A DNA stretch of 63,544 bases, the filler included, from Choristocarpus tenellus KU-1152 (lineage: Eukaryota; Protista; Phaeophyceae): assembly GCA_964200185.2 (NCBI GenBank). It is 9 parts of 9 records of this genome, joined end to end, with 100 filler letters (N's around TTAATTAATTAA, not from the genome) between each part and the next. Parts side by side here need not be neighbours in the genome. Positions count along the whole stretch, not along the records: positions 22,472 to 27,836 come from CAXNAD020011028.1; positions 27,937 to 40,407 come from CAXNAD020001824.1; 7 more parts are not named here. One strand, given 5' to 3'. This document shows positions 24,948 through 39,700 of the stretch, one piece after another. Position numbers and translations under genes: made by a program. The notes under the pieces are model-generated. The model did no database searches and was not told the DNA's origin. It worked only from the letters and a program-made list of their open reading frames with translations. Every line of letters starts with the position of its first letter. Position 1 is the first letter of the stretch.

Positions 24948-26532
24948 ATGGCGAGACTGAAGGTGCTTGCAGTGGGTTGTTGGGCACTTTTACTCAGAGT
25001 AGAGGGCTTCATACTTATTTCCCCCCCAAATCAGGGCATCTCGAACAGGGGCTTTGAGGCCAATAACTTGGGTGCAAAGCTACTTGAAAGAAGATGCTGT
25101 CCAACGATCTCCATTCGGCACGTTTTGAGGTTGGCTGAGGTGTAGGGAATAAGGACAATGTGCCAGTCTCGTTAACATTGTAAACCCTCCTTTCAAGTGG
25201 TTTCCTTTGCTCTCGATACTCAGGGGTCCTTCTGGGCGATCGGTAACAAGGCAAGATGGACACGTTCTTCCCGTTGACCCGACTGCTATGGGAGGCTCCA
25301 GGACAGTCTCTTTCAGTCAGGACAACATGAAAGACCTGTCCCAGGTCCAGGAGGATTTGCAACAAGGCGGTGGTGAGACCAATCTTCAAATCCCTGATAT
25401 CACCACACTTCATGGTGCCAACAAAATGTTTCATGTTTTTACCTCCTTGGTCCTTACAAGATAAGAATGCCCTTCTGTCTGTCACGAACCTCATTTTGAC
25501 GTCTCCTTGCAGGCGTTTCCTCCGCAGCTGTGGTTATTCCAAGCTGGCGCCAGCACGTGATTCAGTATGACAATTTATCTGCCGCCCTGTGGGCCCTCAA
25601 GATCCCGACGGTTGTGTCCCACCTCCCAGATGGACTTTGGGCTTACGCCTTGCAGCGCTTGCAGGTGAACCATCATCTTCATTTTATTGGCTTTCTATTG
25701 GTTTACCGTGCCTTTGGTTATAACAACATCAACAGTAAAGCTCTTTGGCCGACTATGAGAACTTCACGTACCTTCGAAGAACCTGGGGTGTGGTGTCACC
25801 TGTAGTCTAGTCTATTTTTTTAATATCGCCCTTTAATACTGTGTCTCCTTTTGGTTGTCACTAGCCTCATTGCTTACTCGCATCCCAAAATCCGCATACA
25901 TTGTCCGATTGGTATCACAGCTTAATGCATTGAGACGTGCATCACGGAGAAAGCTGGTACAATTGACTGTAATCGAAGCACTGGATCCACTTTTTAGGCA
26001 CTTGGACCGGGCAATAACTGCTCACTCGCGCAGTAATCCCGGACATAATGTGGTAATAATCGCCAGCGATGACTCTGCATGGCTGTTACAAGCATTCTTG
26101 AACAGTCGACCGCCAGAGTGGCATAAAAACGTGCCAGTAACAGCAGCTGTTCTTGTGGGAAATTTCCACAAGAGCTTCGTTGGGGATCTTGCCCTCAAAG
26201 TGTACCCTGGCCCTAAGGAATGGAGGCCGTCTGGAAAGGAATCGGGCACATGGCCTGGACCTGTGGGGGTGCAGTTTTTTAGCCTGAATGGTCACGAGAG
26301 TGGAGCCAACAGCTGGATGAATGATGGTGGTGATGACGCCATTGTTGATGATGATCTATCCAGTCCACGATCAGCAATATCTTGTGTATCACTAGAAGAG
26401 GACATTGAAAACTGCATTATTCAAGAATATGATGTTGGTGAGGGTAGTGGCCTTTCATGGCTGGAATCTACAGGCTTGCTAGGGCTCTGGGTTCCGAAAG
26501 TTCTCCGAGCAAGAAGCAAAGGTTTTGTCTAG
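24948..26532 (+). CDS. Probably plastid-targeted alpha/beta-hydrolase-like protein with a degenerate nucleophile elbow (4 exons)
   Basis: Signal peptide MARLKVLAVGCWALLLRVEG-F (heterokont ASA-F type motif). Exons splice in phase. AVVIPSW...YDNLSAALWAL...RHLDRAI...VVIIASDDSAWLLQAFL aligns by eye with V.IIGHSAGGW..R.YL esterase/PGAP1-like proteins. Confidence 0.65.
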
Positions 26533-27429
26533 GTACTTTGTGTGGCACTAATACAGTACTGTGCATACCCATAAAGCAGTTTTCTTGTATGTGGTCTAGA
26601 AAGAACGATCTATAAGATGGTCTAAATAGTCGAAATGAACAAACAAGTCAGGACTGGGGGAGGTGAAGCATCACACTGTAACTGCAATGAAAACTGAGTA
26701 CAATGGTAGAACACCAGTTATGACTAAGTACTGTATCCATTCCCTTCAAAAATACACACATGAAGTACTTCCCTTCAAAGTATATATATATATATATATA
26801 GGAAGTGGTTTCCTTGCATCTGATTTCTAGCCTATTCCTCCACAGGATACTTGATGACACTCAAATATGTATCTGACTTGGTTGATCTTAATTTGATTCG
26901 TGAGAGTCCTCTTATCGTTTTATTTTCTCGTAAACTTGCATGGATATCTATCATTGCGGTGGGGTCAGCTTACGTTATGCATGTTGTGATGGTAAGACAT
27001 GCCGGAGTTGTAAGAGTGCCTGTATAATGCCCAAAAAGTACTACCATCAAGGACGAAGAGAGTGTGGAACCCAGCAGAGTATTCTACACTAAATAGCACT
27101 ACAACGGTCCAAAAGATACACTCCATACACACATACTGATGTAGATTTGAAGGAAGAATTGGAATATACATGGTGACGATGCTAACAGGGTGTAGGATAA
27201 TGACAATCGAAAAGGTCCCCTTCTCTGTACGTATGGTACAAACCTTCCTAAGAACACTTGAGAGCGACTTCAACATCACCAATGTTGCACCCAGGAAACT
27301 AACTCATTGCTTTCAAAATTCAAAAGCTTCTGAGCAAAATTCTCTGAAAAAGGTTATTTGCCCTTCCCTGTCCGTTTTGTGGCGGACGCCCGACCACTTT
27401 TCCATTCTTCCTGGAACGAAAGAGGTAAG

Positions 27430-28330
27430 ATAGGACCACGTATTCATGTTCCCCATTTATCCAATCTTATCCAGGTTTATTAACAGAGTCTAAAGAGTAA
27501 TGTGTTGTGGTGATGACACGGTCAACATGATGTAACCGAAGTGAATAAAAGGTACCCAGGGTTTGTTTGTTTTTTGCTGTTATGCATTTTTAAGTCATTT
27601 TTTTCAATATTTTGCAATTTTTCCATATTTCTATGGATGAAGTTCTAAGTTTGACGTGACACCGTTTATTTCTCGGTTATGTTTGAAGTTTTCCGACACG
27701 ATTAAGAAAATACCCTATATATATACTAAGTATATATGTGAGAGTCACATTCCACAGAAGGTATACCCTGAAGGTTACCTATCTTGAATATCATGTAGAA
27801 GGTATACCCTGAAGGTGACCTATCTTAAAACTTCAGNNNNNNNNNNNNNNNNNNNNNNNNNNNNNNNNNNNNNNNNNNNNTTAATTAATTAANNNNNNNN
27901 NNNNNNNNNNNNNNNNNNNNNNNNNNNNNNNNNNNNGTCTTGCCCGGTGATTCTCTTCGCCACCCTTGCCTGAGTGAACCACGTCGCCACAAAATCACAC
28001 GATTCACAACCTTTTTCATCTATCCAAATCAATTATTTTATTATTATTTATTGTTCTTCGTATTTCAACAAACCTCACGCAAGTTACCTTTACTGGTCAT
28101 TTTTTCAACCGTTCATGTTGAACTAGCTCTACGTTGTTTATCCGGTTTAAATGAACATACAAAAGTTATGTTGATATATTCGTACTATCCATATTTTGAT
28201 AGAGTGATTTTACTTTGTTCTGTAATAGATGATAGTATTGCGTTTTGGGGAAAACTGTGTAGCGGGATATCTCCTAAACCTTCTTTCTTCATATCTATAC
28301 ATACAGTGGATCGAGGTTAAAGTAGCACCG
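27430..28330. repeat. Members of a dispersed repeat family (other pieces at ~56520-57140 and ~58290-58510)
   Basis: tttctatggat.aagt.ctaag at ~27628, ~56526 and ~58354. aaccctgggtacct or its reverse complement at ~27550, ~57122 and ~58491. 27937-28010 is the reverse complement of ~56575-56650. The span crosses a spacer. Confidence 0.7.
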
Positions 28331-28864
28331 AAATCGAAAATTCTCTCATATGTCTTCTATGAAATAATAGTATGCGGTTTATGTGAATGTTTCTCACTTT
28401 CCTCATACACCACTTATCGAACTCAAAGAACTCTGTGCAGACACTCTCACACATTCGACACAGGGACTCTTCGGTCTGTCAGGTTTGTTTGCATATCTCT
28501 ACCATCAATACGATTTCTGAGTTCGACGCCATCTCCCTTTGTCCTGATCGAAGGCACTCACTGAGTAGAACGGTCGACGCGACTATTTTGTTAACTTGGT
28601 CCTCAGTGGAGGATTGGCTGCGTTCCGTAAGGGTAGGAACAACTCCAGTTGCCCCTTGGTCTTATCGATTACATAGGGCAGTGCACCGATTTCTAGAAAA
28701 CATTAGAGTAGAACAGGTTCGAACGGTCCTAAAATGAGGTGTGGCTAGAACGTCCTTTGTAACACCATGTATGTGATGACTACTTACAGGTTGTCAAGAA
28801 CTAACTTCCCAATTCATCGCACAGGGTACTATTAACATCTGCCGATCTCCAACCAATTGCAGCC

Positions 28865-31800
28865 ATGAGAGGCCTACTGCCCTCCTTGCTGGTGGCAGCG
28901 ACCGTCACTCATTCGTTTGGCCAAATGATTACGACCGACGGGACTATCCCGATTGCGGGCATTGGATCCGTTGAGCTGTTACCAGACGACATTGGTGAAG
29001 ATATCATCAACACCATCGAGACAGATCCGAGGATAACAGGTGGGTTGTACTAGCAATACAAACCATTAGGTAGAAAATTGCGGTCATTCGTTAATATACT
29101 ATCGATGCCAAGTAGTTGTGGATAGGATATACTCAGGTTATGATTTTGAGCGAGATCACGACGTGCTCTACGATACTTCGAAGTAGAGCTAAACCCAAGC
29201 GATGAAATATGTGCCGGCTGTCATCAGAACAGACCAGAACTTTATTGACATTAGTTTTGCAGAATGTTCACCCACCTGCCTCGATGCATTTTGTTCACTC
29301 CAAAACTTCAGCCTTCTCACGACGTACACGTAAGCTCCAGCGAGTAGGAGAACAATATCTAACCCTGCTAGTTTGTCATCCACGTGACACAAGCATTCCT
29401 GTCCTTCCCATCTTCATCCCGTAATTATAGTAACGCGTGTCGAACTTGGGACGCTGAGCTGCACCTCTCTGAAGAGTGCAGAAGACGCCCCAGAGCTTCA
29501 GTTCATCATCAGTACGAACGAGGTGTGCCTAAAGTATCTTCTAAGCACGAGGAGTAGTAATGCGATATAGATTCTCTTCCATGCACGTTTGCATTCGCTT
29601 GTAGTTGGGAGGAAAGCATGTACCATGCCACAAAAATAACTTGATATCCCTACGTGTGAATATTTCGTTTTCTGCTGCAGATTATCCTTGCCTCACAAAC
29701 GTCGTACAAGGTGCTTGATGGAGTGGTATTCACTGACAAGACAGCTCGTAAGGTGAGAGATAGGGACAACATCCTATTCCGTTCCTCCAGAGGATTTTTT
29801 TTCTCTCCTTAATTGGTGCAGATGATACTAAGGATGTAAGTTATCACTCACAGAGACACAGATTTTGTCAGCACAATATGTTTCATAACTTCGTTGTTCA
29901 CTCATCACCTCCTACCAATGCTTTTGAGTGGTTTCCCTCGGCCGTTAGAGATCTTCGTCATAGATATAGGTGAAGAAATTGGTGCGTTTTGACTGCTTGC
30001 ACCTATAGTCGATGCTCACGAATTATGGCATTCAAGCGCCCTGATTTATCTTTTTTATCACGTTTTCACTTTAGTAAGGTTCTCGCTATCCATGCCTGGT
30101 TCTTCACCTTACAGATCCTTGAATTGCTCACCTGATCAGCATCGTTGATCCACTCATCCACACCTGTGAGTTTGTGAATACCATATATAATACTGAAATT
30201 ACCATAGCCCATTCCCCTGTAATGTTTATCTGTTCTACCTCCTGAATGATTATATTTGCGCAGATTTGGACCGGTGAGGTAGTGGAATCGACAAATGACA
30301 ACATTGTTCCCCGGACAATCTCAATGACATGGACTGATGACTGTGATGTCCAGGTGAACCTTAAGCAGTAGATATCTGCTTCTCAACCACTCTCAATTTC
30401 TTGCTCTTGGTACTTTGGAAGATTAAAATAGTGAGATAACATCACATGTGTGTCATCAGCAAGGCGTACTGAAAGCACTCCAACTTGAAGCTAGCCTACA
30501 GCTGCCTGTTGAGTTCCTATTTGCCACTCAAATCATCTACCTTTCCACTTGTTCCCACTCTTTTTATTCTTTCCCTAACCCTCAAACACCTTCCGGTGGT
30601 GCCGGACTCCCCAAATGTCCTTTCAGACGTTCTTGCTGAGGCTGGTATCACAGAATACAGATGGCTCCTCAGAAATCGTCACATCTGTTCCCTGTGATTT
30701 TGGAAGTGAATTGGACATTTGCATCGTTGAGGTGCGTTGTGTTGCGCTGAAGTTTCTTGCTGACATGGAATAGTGTGTTACATCTCCCTCCACTGTCAAT
30801 AATATTTTGTATAACGTTGCTTACGAATCATGTGGGGCAAGATCACCAATTTGTGCTCAGAGGCTCAACATATTGCACTTTGTGTACTTGTCATTGTAAG
30901 TGAACTTGGAACACATTGGACAGATTACACTTCCTCGTGCTTACTTCTGTTTTTCTCACACATTGGGTTCAACCATCCCACTGTGCACGTCACTCAACCT
31001 CCTCCCTCGTATCTCACCTTGTTGCACTAAATCTTTGACACCAGGATTCAGTTTTTCTGTGTTCAATCTTATAGAATAGCAACCTACAGTACACCACAGC
31101 TGTACCACTTAGTTACATATTCACATGATCCATTGCAACCAGATTTCCCTACTGATATAATATGAAATTGACCAGGTTTGAACTAGTGTTTTTCAATAGA
31201 TTGGTAGCTTCCTGAGAGGTGGCCTGACTAATTTGCTATTGTTCTGAAGGACTGGCATGGCAACTTAGAAACATGTCTTACAAGGGTCATCTCTATTTTA
31301 TAACACATTTTACCTAGCCTGGCCCTACCAGAAACATACGACACAGGGCCAGCCCTATGTACAAATGGGATAAACGACTGTTGTTACTACTACTATCCTA
31401 TCAATCTATATTTCTACACGTGAAATCTCAGTGTATATGTATATATTATGATTTATATCCCACATATAATGTATGTACATATCTGAAATATTGAACGACA
31501 CTTGGCATAGGTATGGGTGCCTAATCCTTTGAAGAATATCTCCACAGTATTGAGTGATCACGCATGGACTGCCTCGCCTGGTCTGAGCAAGCTGAAAGAT
31601 GAAAGATGACCTGTACATTCCTTTGATGTACTCTGTTTGAACTCAACTGAGTTTCATGACTGTGAAATGATTTGTCTCTACTTGTCCTCTCTGTTGATTG
31701 CTTTCTCACAACTATTCTAGAAAGTATGCAGCTGGTTTATTAAAGAGCACATTTGCTGTTGATTGCGTTGCCACTCCTCTATTAATTGGCTGTAGTAACT

Positions 31801-34800
31801 AACTATGCATGGATGTACAAACCACAGAAACAATACTGCCAATTATTGTACAGCAGAGTTGTGGTAGCTTCTCAGATCTCCACTACTATTACCAAGCTGT
31901 AAGCTAGAGTTTTTTTCTCCCCAGCATTGATGTTCCACCCAATGTTGTATTACTGATCCCACAGATCATTCCCATCACCTGTTTGCTGACCTTTCCCTCT
32001 TCTTTGACTAGTTTTCACGAGAGTTTGAGGATGATAGTGCAATTGAACCTTCTGGGTCCTCCAGGCGTCAGTTGAGAGTTCCCCCTCGTGAATCAAAGCT
32101 TGAGGCACTGGGGAAGCTGCAAAGTGAGGTGTCAGCCACCGTGCAGAAATTAACTGATGAAAACCCGGACATCATAGACAAGGACAGAGACATTGATCTC
32201 CTCAAGGTCAGATCTTCCTTGCTTGTGTCTTGTGTTGGAGATGCAGGGAAGACTACTTGCCTGTTACATTATATTTGTGAGTTTTAGGAGAGTCTTGATG
32301 CATTCCTTCCCAACAGCTGAAGACACAAAGTGTCTTACTGTGTTGGTGGGGTAATGTTAAATGAGATGGGTGATCAGTTTGGATTATCTTTATTCAGGAC
32401 CATGAGATACTAGAGAGTCTTCTGGTGAAAGACTGGGCAGAGGAGAGGGAGAGATACATTCAGTAAGACATCTGTCATGATTTAATTTTTGTCCGCCATG
32501 TCATGAAAGTAAGTCTTCTCTAATGTTACTGTGATCATCTTCTACTCTCATCTCACAGTCAACCGCAACTCGCAATACCATCTCTACCAAATGTTGCTCC
32601 AGGAATACCTTTTGGCGAATACTGAGGATAAAGATGTATTTCATAAGCAGGGACTCCAGTCTCTTGAAGGGAATCAGGTGGTTATGCCAAGTGGCCGCAG
32701 ACTACAAAGTGCTGTCCAGGTCTGTATTAAAATATCTACTTCGTGATCACTAACTATAACCTTTATATCCAACTAGACATTTTTATATCTGCTCCCCTTT
32801 TCCCTGGCGACCTAGCTCAAGTACCCCCCAACTCAAACTTGGAATGCCATCAATGGCAATTGTCAATGTCCTACTGCTGTAGAATGTGGAGATGATGCTC
32901 CAGGGCTCAAACAATGCATTGCATTTATATTGCCTCATGACTCTTCAACACCTTCATTTCCCTCACCCTGTTCTTCAATGGAAGATCGATGTGCTTGTTT
33001 TGTACACTGCTGAAGCAATCAGAACAACGGCACAGCAATTGGAGACTGAAATTGTTACGTCATTCCTGGATTCCAACCTGGCTCTACAGAACTCTGACAT
33101 CAACCTCACCTTAAACCTAGTACATGTGGAGCAGGTAAGTTAGGTCATAGTTAAAATGAACGTGTGTCTTTGTATGCCGTTGAAGGAAACAAGGCCGATA
33201 ATGTATTCTTTGACTTCCTACTTTTTTCTGGAGACTTTAAGAAGGATCACTAGCAGTGTCACACAAAGCACCACAATCTACTTGGTGCCAACGTCACTAT
33301 AATCCTATCACAGTGCCAGATTGTACAATTGCCTTGACTAGATCTCCTTCCGATTCTCGATAGGGTTTTTGGTAATAATCTCATTTCAATTCAATGATCA
33401 ATGAGAACAGAATGACACATACTACCTGAATATGGCCTTAAGCTGAACATGTCGTCACTGATCTCGCTGTGAACATTTTTGATAGTGCTTGTCGAAATTT
33501 GATATTCTTGCCACAGTTGCCAAGGGTGAAGTGTTTAGAAATAGTTGAGGTAAGATATGTTTTATTGCTGTTACGAGAGATGTCAACAGATGTAAGCCTG
33601 AATCCTGAAGATTTCATTACCGTTTATAGTACAATTGCTTTAGTAGCCCAGCACATTGTGGGCACACTTCCATGAGGTGTAACTATTTAATAAGAACAGG
33701 ATCATGAACAATGGGCTAAGAACATTTTGAAGGGGGGTATGTAGCCCTTGCTTTGAAGTACCTGTCGGTATGCACGGAGAATTTCACAACCACCATATAG
33801 CGTTTGGCATATACTGGTCAGAACTGGATGGAGCTGATGTTTTTTTTCCCTACCTAACGCTTCTTCCTTTTCATGCCCAACTTCAAGTTGCCACCTTTAT
33901 GCTCATCGCTCATTGCCCAAATCTTGTACCTGGTCTAGACGAGCTATGTGCAGCCAAATTTGTCCTCCTCCACGGATCTCACTAACTTAAGGACTGGGCT
34001 TGTTAACGACGCATTTGAACTGCGAGACACATACAGTGCTGACTTGGTGCAATTGGTCGGCAACTACATCGATTATTGTGGCATTGCGTGAGTACTACCA
34101 TGCTTCATGGTAGAGGTCTATCATTATGTTGTGTGTCTCCTGCATGCCTGTAGTGCTTATAATCAAATTGTGTTTTATGGCTCAAAATATCTGGGAGGGG
34201 GTAGCGGCTGTCCAATTGGGGTCAATTTTTTTATGTCGCGTCATTTGGGCGATTTGGTTGAATACGTCGGATGGAGAATGTAAATGCACTTTTCCTGATT
34301 TTGGTCAAATGGACACCCAGGTCTAGATCCGCCCCACCCCCCAGATACTTTAGGTCTTATTCAATCTAGAAGTGGCCAGGCTATATTTTGGAATGAATTG
34401 ACCCGTATATGCTCGATTTGATGCTGCCATTGACCATTGCTAGATTGGGACACTGATATCACCTGCAATGTGGTATGTGGTATCACTCCATGTACGTTAA
34501 GTAGCAGCACCTAACAACACAACAAACCTGAAGTGACTGCACATAGTATTAAAGCTGATATCAAAATATGTAACAAGGACTTTATTCCCTCTTCAGGTAC
34601 CTCATGGGGACCATCACAACGGGGTTTGCTCCATTCGGTGTGTCAGTGGTACACAGGAACTGTCTCGACAATTTCACCCCCCTTCATGAGTTTGGACACA
34701 ATCTGGGCTGCCACCATGATGTAGACAATGCTCCTTCAGGCCTTGGCTATCGTTACGGGTATCGATACTGTGAAGGGACAGACCTGTGAGTCACAATGTT

Positions 34801-36693
34801 ATGATAATCCTCTTTCAACGGGGGTATGATATCGCCAGCATTTGACGATGAGGAAGACAGTGCGATGTAGAAGTTTGTGAAAGCATACTTTTGTACAGTA
34901 CATCCACACTTTTGCTTGAAATCTATTGGCATGCTCAGACAGTGATTTTTCCTTCCAAGTAACAATGACAACTGATGCATTTTATTTTCCTTTGGACCCT
35001 GAAATTCCTAATTGGGAATAGAATTATGACACCATACCATCACAGTTGGTGTAACAGGAAGATACAAGTAGTGCAAGTAGTCACACCTTCATGTTTGAGT
35101 TACACTACCCGCCATAAAGGCTCTCAACCTCTTCTTTCAATATTGCGCATTCAGGTACCGTACTGTCATGTCCTACAGTTGCCCGAGTTCTTATGCCCCG
35201 ATAGCACCCTACATGTCCAACCCAGACATCGATTATCTTGACAAGCCAACAGGAACTCCAACAGCTGACAACGCAAGAAGGGTTAGGGAGGCCATGGTGA
35301 GAAAAAAAGTTTCGTGATTTCTGTGGATTGTCCCAAGATTTGAAACTTTCCTAATAATTCGAAGACTGTGTATACCCTGTATAGGGATCTACTATTTATA
35401 TACTGGTCAAGTGATAGTGGCTGGGGCTCCATGCTATTCATGTAAGCACGTTCCCATGTTGGTCATTTTTGGTAACTATCTCAGAGGAACGATGATTGAA
35501 ACTAGTAGGACCTCAGTATTATTGAAGTTAGTTGGCTATTCATTTTCTCGAGGTTGCACAAATGAAATAGATCTCCATCTTCATTCTGTTGACTCGCTAA
35601 CAGGCCACAGTGGCGAACTTCAGAATTGCCGAAGAAACTGCAACCTGCGACTCCCACACCTGTACGGTTGGTACAATAGTTGACGGTAGTAAGGAGTGTG
35701 TGCTCAACTGTGACGACACACAGTGCTGCAGTGAAGGAAGAGGTGAGAATTCCCCTTTCATAGTCCAACACCTTTTTGAGAAATAATACTCTAGTTACTT
35801 GGATGAAAATTGTTGATTAAGGAGCACCTAGCACCTCAACAATAAAATAACGATTGAAATGCTTCATCTAGAAATCAACAGTGAAGTCGCCCCCTTGAGA
35901 TCACCTGTGCTAAGCTTTTGCTATTGAAAGTGAGTGAACCACAAAGGAGGTAAGTTGTGGTTCAGTTGTATCTTTGACTAGCACATACAGAAGGGGCAAT
36001 GCCACATTTCGATCGTATGCTGGTACACCCTCTCAATGCAAGAGCCAGCCTATGCAGCTACTCTGACTACATTAATGATGTGTAATATCTTAACTTATGT
36101 TGTAAAGGCGTTAGCATTGGATTGTTTCAATTGCAGTGTGGTAAAAGTTGGAAACACTGCTTTGGGGACTCACCAAGTAGTACCTCAAAGTGTAAAAACC
36201 CTAGTGATACTGTAGGTACTACTTCGAAGTATAAACATTGTACTACACATAATGCATGAAGTTGGAGTTGCGGTTTTGTAGGATTTACCTCTCATGACTA
36301 TAAACAGTTCAACTCTTGCATGCCCATAACCATTAAGTTATCTGCGACTTAGCCCGCAGTCAATGAGCAGCAAATCAATTACTGACAGACCAGTGGTTGG
36401 TCCCACCAGAGCCTAAATATTATGAGGGTAGGTTTCATTTTCCCATTCTGCTTCATTTCGTCCCTGAACTGAACCACCAGGGTGTAGTTCCTATTATGCT
36501 TAAAGGAGGAGTGTATATCACATTTGACCTGTCCTGATGGTCGCCTTAAGCACGCACTGATCATAGTAACAACAAAAATATCATGGGTTTGTCACTTCTC
36601 TTCTGCTGGTAGTTGTGCTGATATAATGATTATCTATCCGATGTATGCAACCAAATCACCCGAAAATCACATGAAAAAATTAGCCCCAAATGG

Positions 36694-36735
<42 letters not shown>

Positions 36736-39700
36736 AGATACTTTGAGCCAGCCACACATCATACAGCTGTGCCATCGTGTCTTGTCTCACTCATAGCACA
36801 AAACATTGTTCTCTCGACACATTCATTCCAAAATCATGTTCTGAAGTTTGTTTTGTAATCTGTCTTGTTAAGCATTTCAGTGGTTACATCAACATCAACT
36901 ATACAGTGTGCTTTATTGCATCCTTGTGGTATCACCTTCCCACCCTGAGACCGATGCATAAAACACCTTTACTAGATTCTTGGGTGGAAGTCGGAACAAA
37001 GACACCAGTCGACGTGTGTGCCACTGGTTATGACAGGCGACTCCTTGTAGACGACGGTTGCGACCCCTATGGCTGTTCAGCGGATCTTACACGGGTGAGT
37101 GTTCATTATCGTGAACTTTACCCTACCAAGGGCCTCTAACGCGACCAGTTTCTAAATACAAGTTGATGAATCTTGTCCTGTGCATTTATTTCTGTCTATG
37201 AACCACTGTCCATCTTTCCTCATGACTTGACTGCACCCAAGGATGGGAGTCTTAGCGGGACATCAAGGTGGTCCTGCAACACTAATCTTGGCGTGTACAA
37301 ATGTTCTATTACCTACACCTTCGGCACGGACCAGCCACTAAGGGCTGTCGATATTGGTAAGAGATACATTTGGTGGTGAACTAGTTGGGTTTGCTGGCAT
37401 GTTCTACTTGCTGTCGTGAGTCTACTATTGATCAGAAAATAACAGGCCAGGTGCATCAAACAAACCAACTGCGATATCGCTGTTTAGAATCAAGCAATAG
37501 CATCACTTTGTATTTTGGGTACGTACTGCAGTGCCTGTTCAACTTGCTGATCAGAGCGAAAAAGCAACCAAGCCCAAGCATAGGTCACATTAAGAAGTCA
37601 GCAGTGAGATACTTGCAAGGAGGATTTTCACACCTGACATTTTCTAGTGGGGAAATCATGTGCACTATAGAGTCAGAAAGTATAGTGCTGTTTGAGAAAG
37701 CGCTGAAGCTATCCCACCAAATCCGCCCGCACCTTCCACCTTCCTACCACTAATACAAGTTGTTGTGCATGCCTGGTGTATTGTTTTAATCTGCCAGCTT
37801 TTTACGTGGGTAACACCCGCACGCGTGCATTTGTGGTTTCCACCTGCCGTAGAATATTGCTTGAAGGCGCTAGAAGCAGTGGCACAACCCTTGAGCTTGA
37901 AGAGTTCAATTTGAAAGAAGTCGTCTTGACGGACAGGGTCACGATTGTTTCCACTCCTGATGAGGACGAGGAATGGTTCAGCCTAACAGAGGTGTGATAT
38001 GCTTGCCAATATATCATTTCTCCTTCGACTGACATGGTGAAAGGGGGTGGTGCGTGCCTTATGTAGCTCCGGTGGACTCTAAGGTCGTGGCCCCAACCCC
38101 CAGGAAGGATGAGAGTATAAAGATTGTGGAGTCATGAATAGGTCATCAATGAAAACAAATGAGGGGTAGGGAATACATGGAGTGTGAAATGATATATTAC
38201 ACAGATAATACAAGAGCACTCAGTCTGGTATCGATCTTTTCGGTTGCATCCAACCTGCAATTTCCCTTGAGTGAAAGTATCTTAGAGGGTAGAGTCAGGT
38301 TCGTTTGGGGGCCAAAATCCAATGTTGCGATTTTGATGTAATTTTGTCTATTGTGTTTTTTAGAAAGTGTCAATATCCTTGTTTCGAACACACCTTTTCA
38401 TAACATACACATTCCACCTACTCCAAAACATTTCGGAGTAGGAAAATGTCATAAAAACCTTGTGGGAAGCCAAGCCCCAAATGGACAAACAGGGCAAAAT
38501 TCGTACCCTCTAACATACTTTCACTCCTTTTCGTACATGGTGCATGGGCCCTTTAGGATCAGCACTAAGGAAGTCTGCAGAAAGAGCAATCTCTTGTAGA
38601 CTTCATTATGCTCACCAGAATTATGCTCCCTTCTCCACGAGTATACTAGACAATGTGAAGTCCCCATCCAAAGATCCGACCAAAATATTTTGTCTGATTT
38701 CGATTTCAGTTGTTACCATACGTGTTGCCAGGCAGACTGGGCAGATGGCGTCCAAACCCCTCATTACTTGTTGAACCATTTTATTTCCCTCCCCCCATCC
38801 ACTCACCCTGCCACTCTGCCCACAATATATGAATCAGGTGGAAATTTTGGTGATTGACGGGGAAGAGATTGGCACTACCTCAAACAACGTGAGTGTATCT
38901 GCCACAGGGTTTGACAGCCGTACTACTTCCGGTTGCGCTGGCATGTGTCTCCCCTCCAACACAAGGGTGAGTCAGGGTATCAATATTGAAACAAGACGGC
39001 CTTCAAATCCAGATGTTGTGTTCTTGGAACCACTGCGATACAAATTCAGCAATGAGTAAGAGTATCTTAGAGGGTAGAGCCAGGTTCATTTGGGGGCCAA
39101 AATCCAATGTTGCGATTTTGATGTAATTTTGGCTATTGTGTTTTTAGGAAGTGTCAATATACTTGTTCCGAACGAACAATGGACAAACAAGATACTTTCA
39201 CTCAATACAACTTTAAAACACAAGGACAAAATGCTTCTCCTTGCAGGATGGCGTGTACGAGGAAAATGCCAGCCGTTGGTCATGCTTGAATGCGAACGCT
39301 GCAGGGAGCATGTGCAGCATCACATATGACTTTATGGATCCAGTTGACCTAAACAGTATTCTTATCTGTAAGTTCCCCATCTCTGTCGCCCAAAGTATTC
39401 ACCAGCACATCAGTGTGTCAGGCGAATGTCACCCACCACTTTGGTGTCTATATAAATTGCCTGCATCAATATGTAACTATGCAAACAAAAAATTGTATGT
39501 GATCAACTAAAACCCTGCTCATATATAGCCCCCTCCCTACCCTATCATTATTGTTCATACCTCACGCAGCCTTCTATCTGGGTGATGAACGAGTTCGTTC
39601 ATTGGATGTGTACATTAATGGTGAGAGTGTTGGCATTTTCACTAGCTCCGGCACTACCGCTGGGCTGGAAGAGTACATTGTTAACGAGGCCTCTGTAAGC

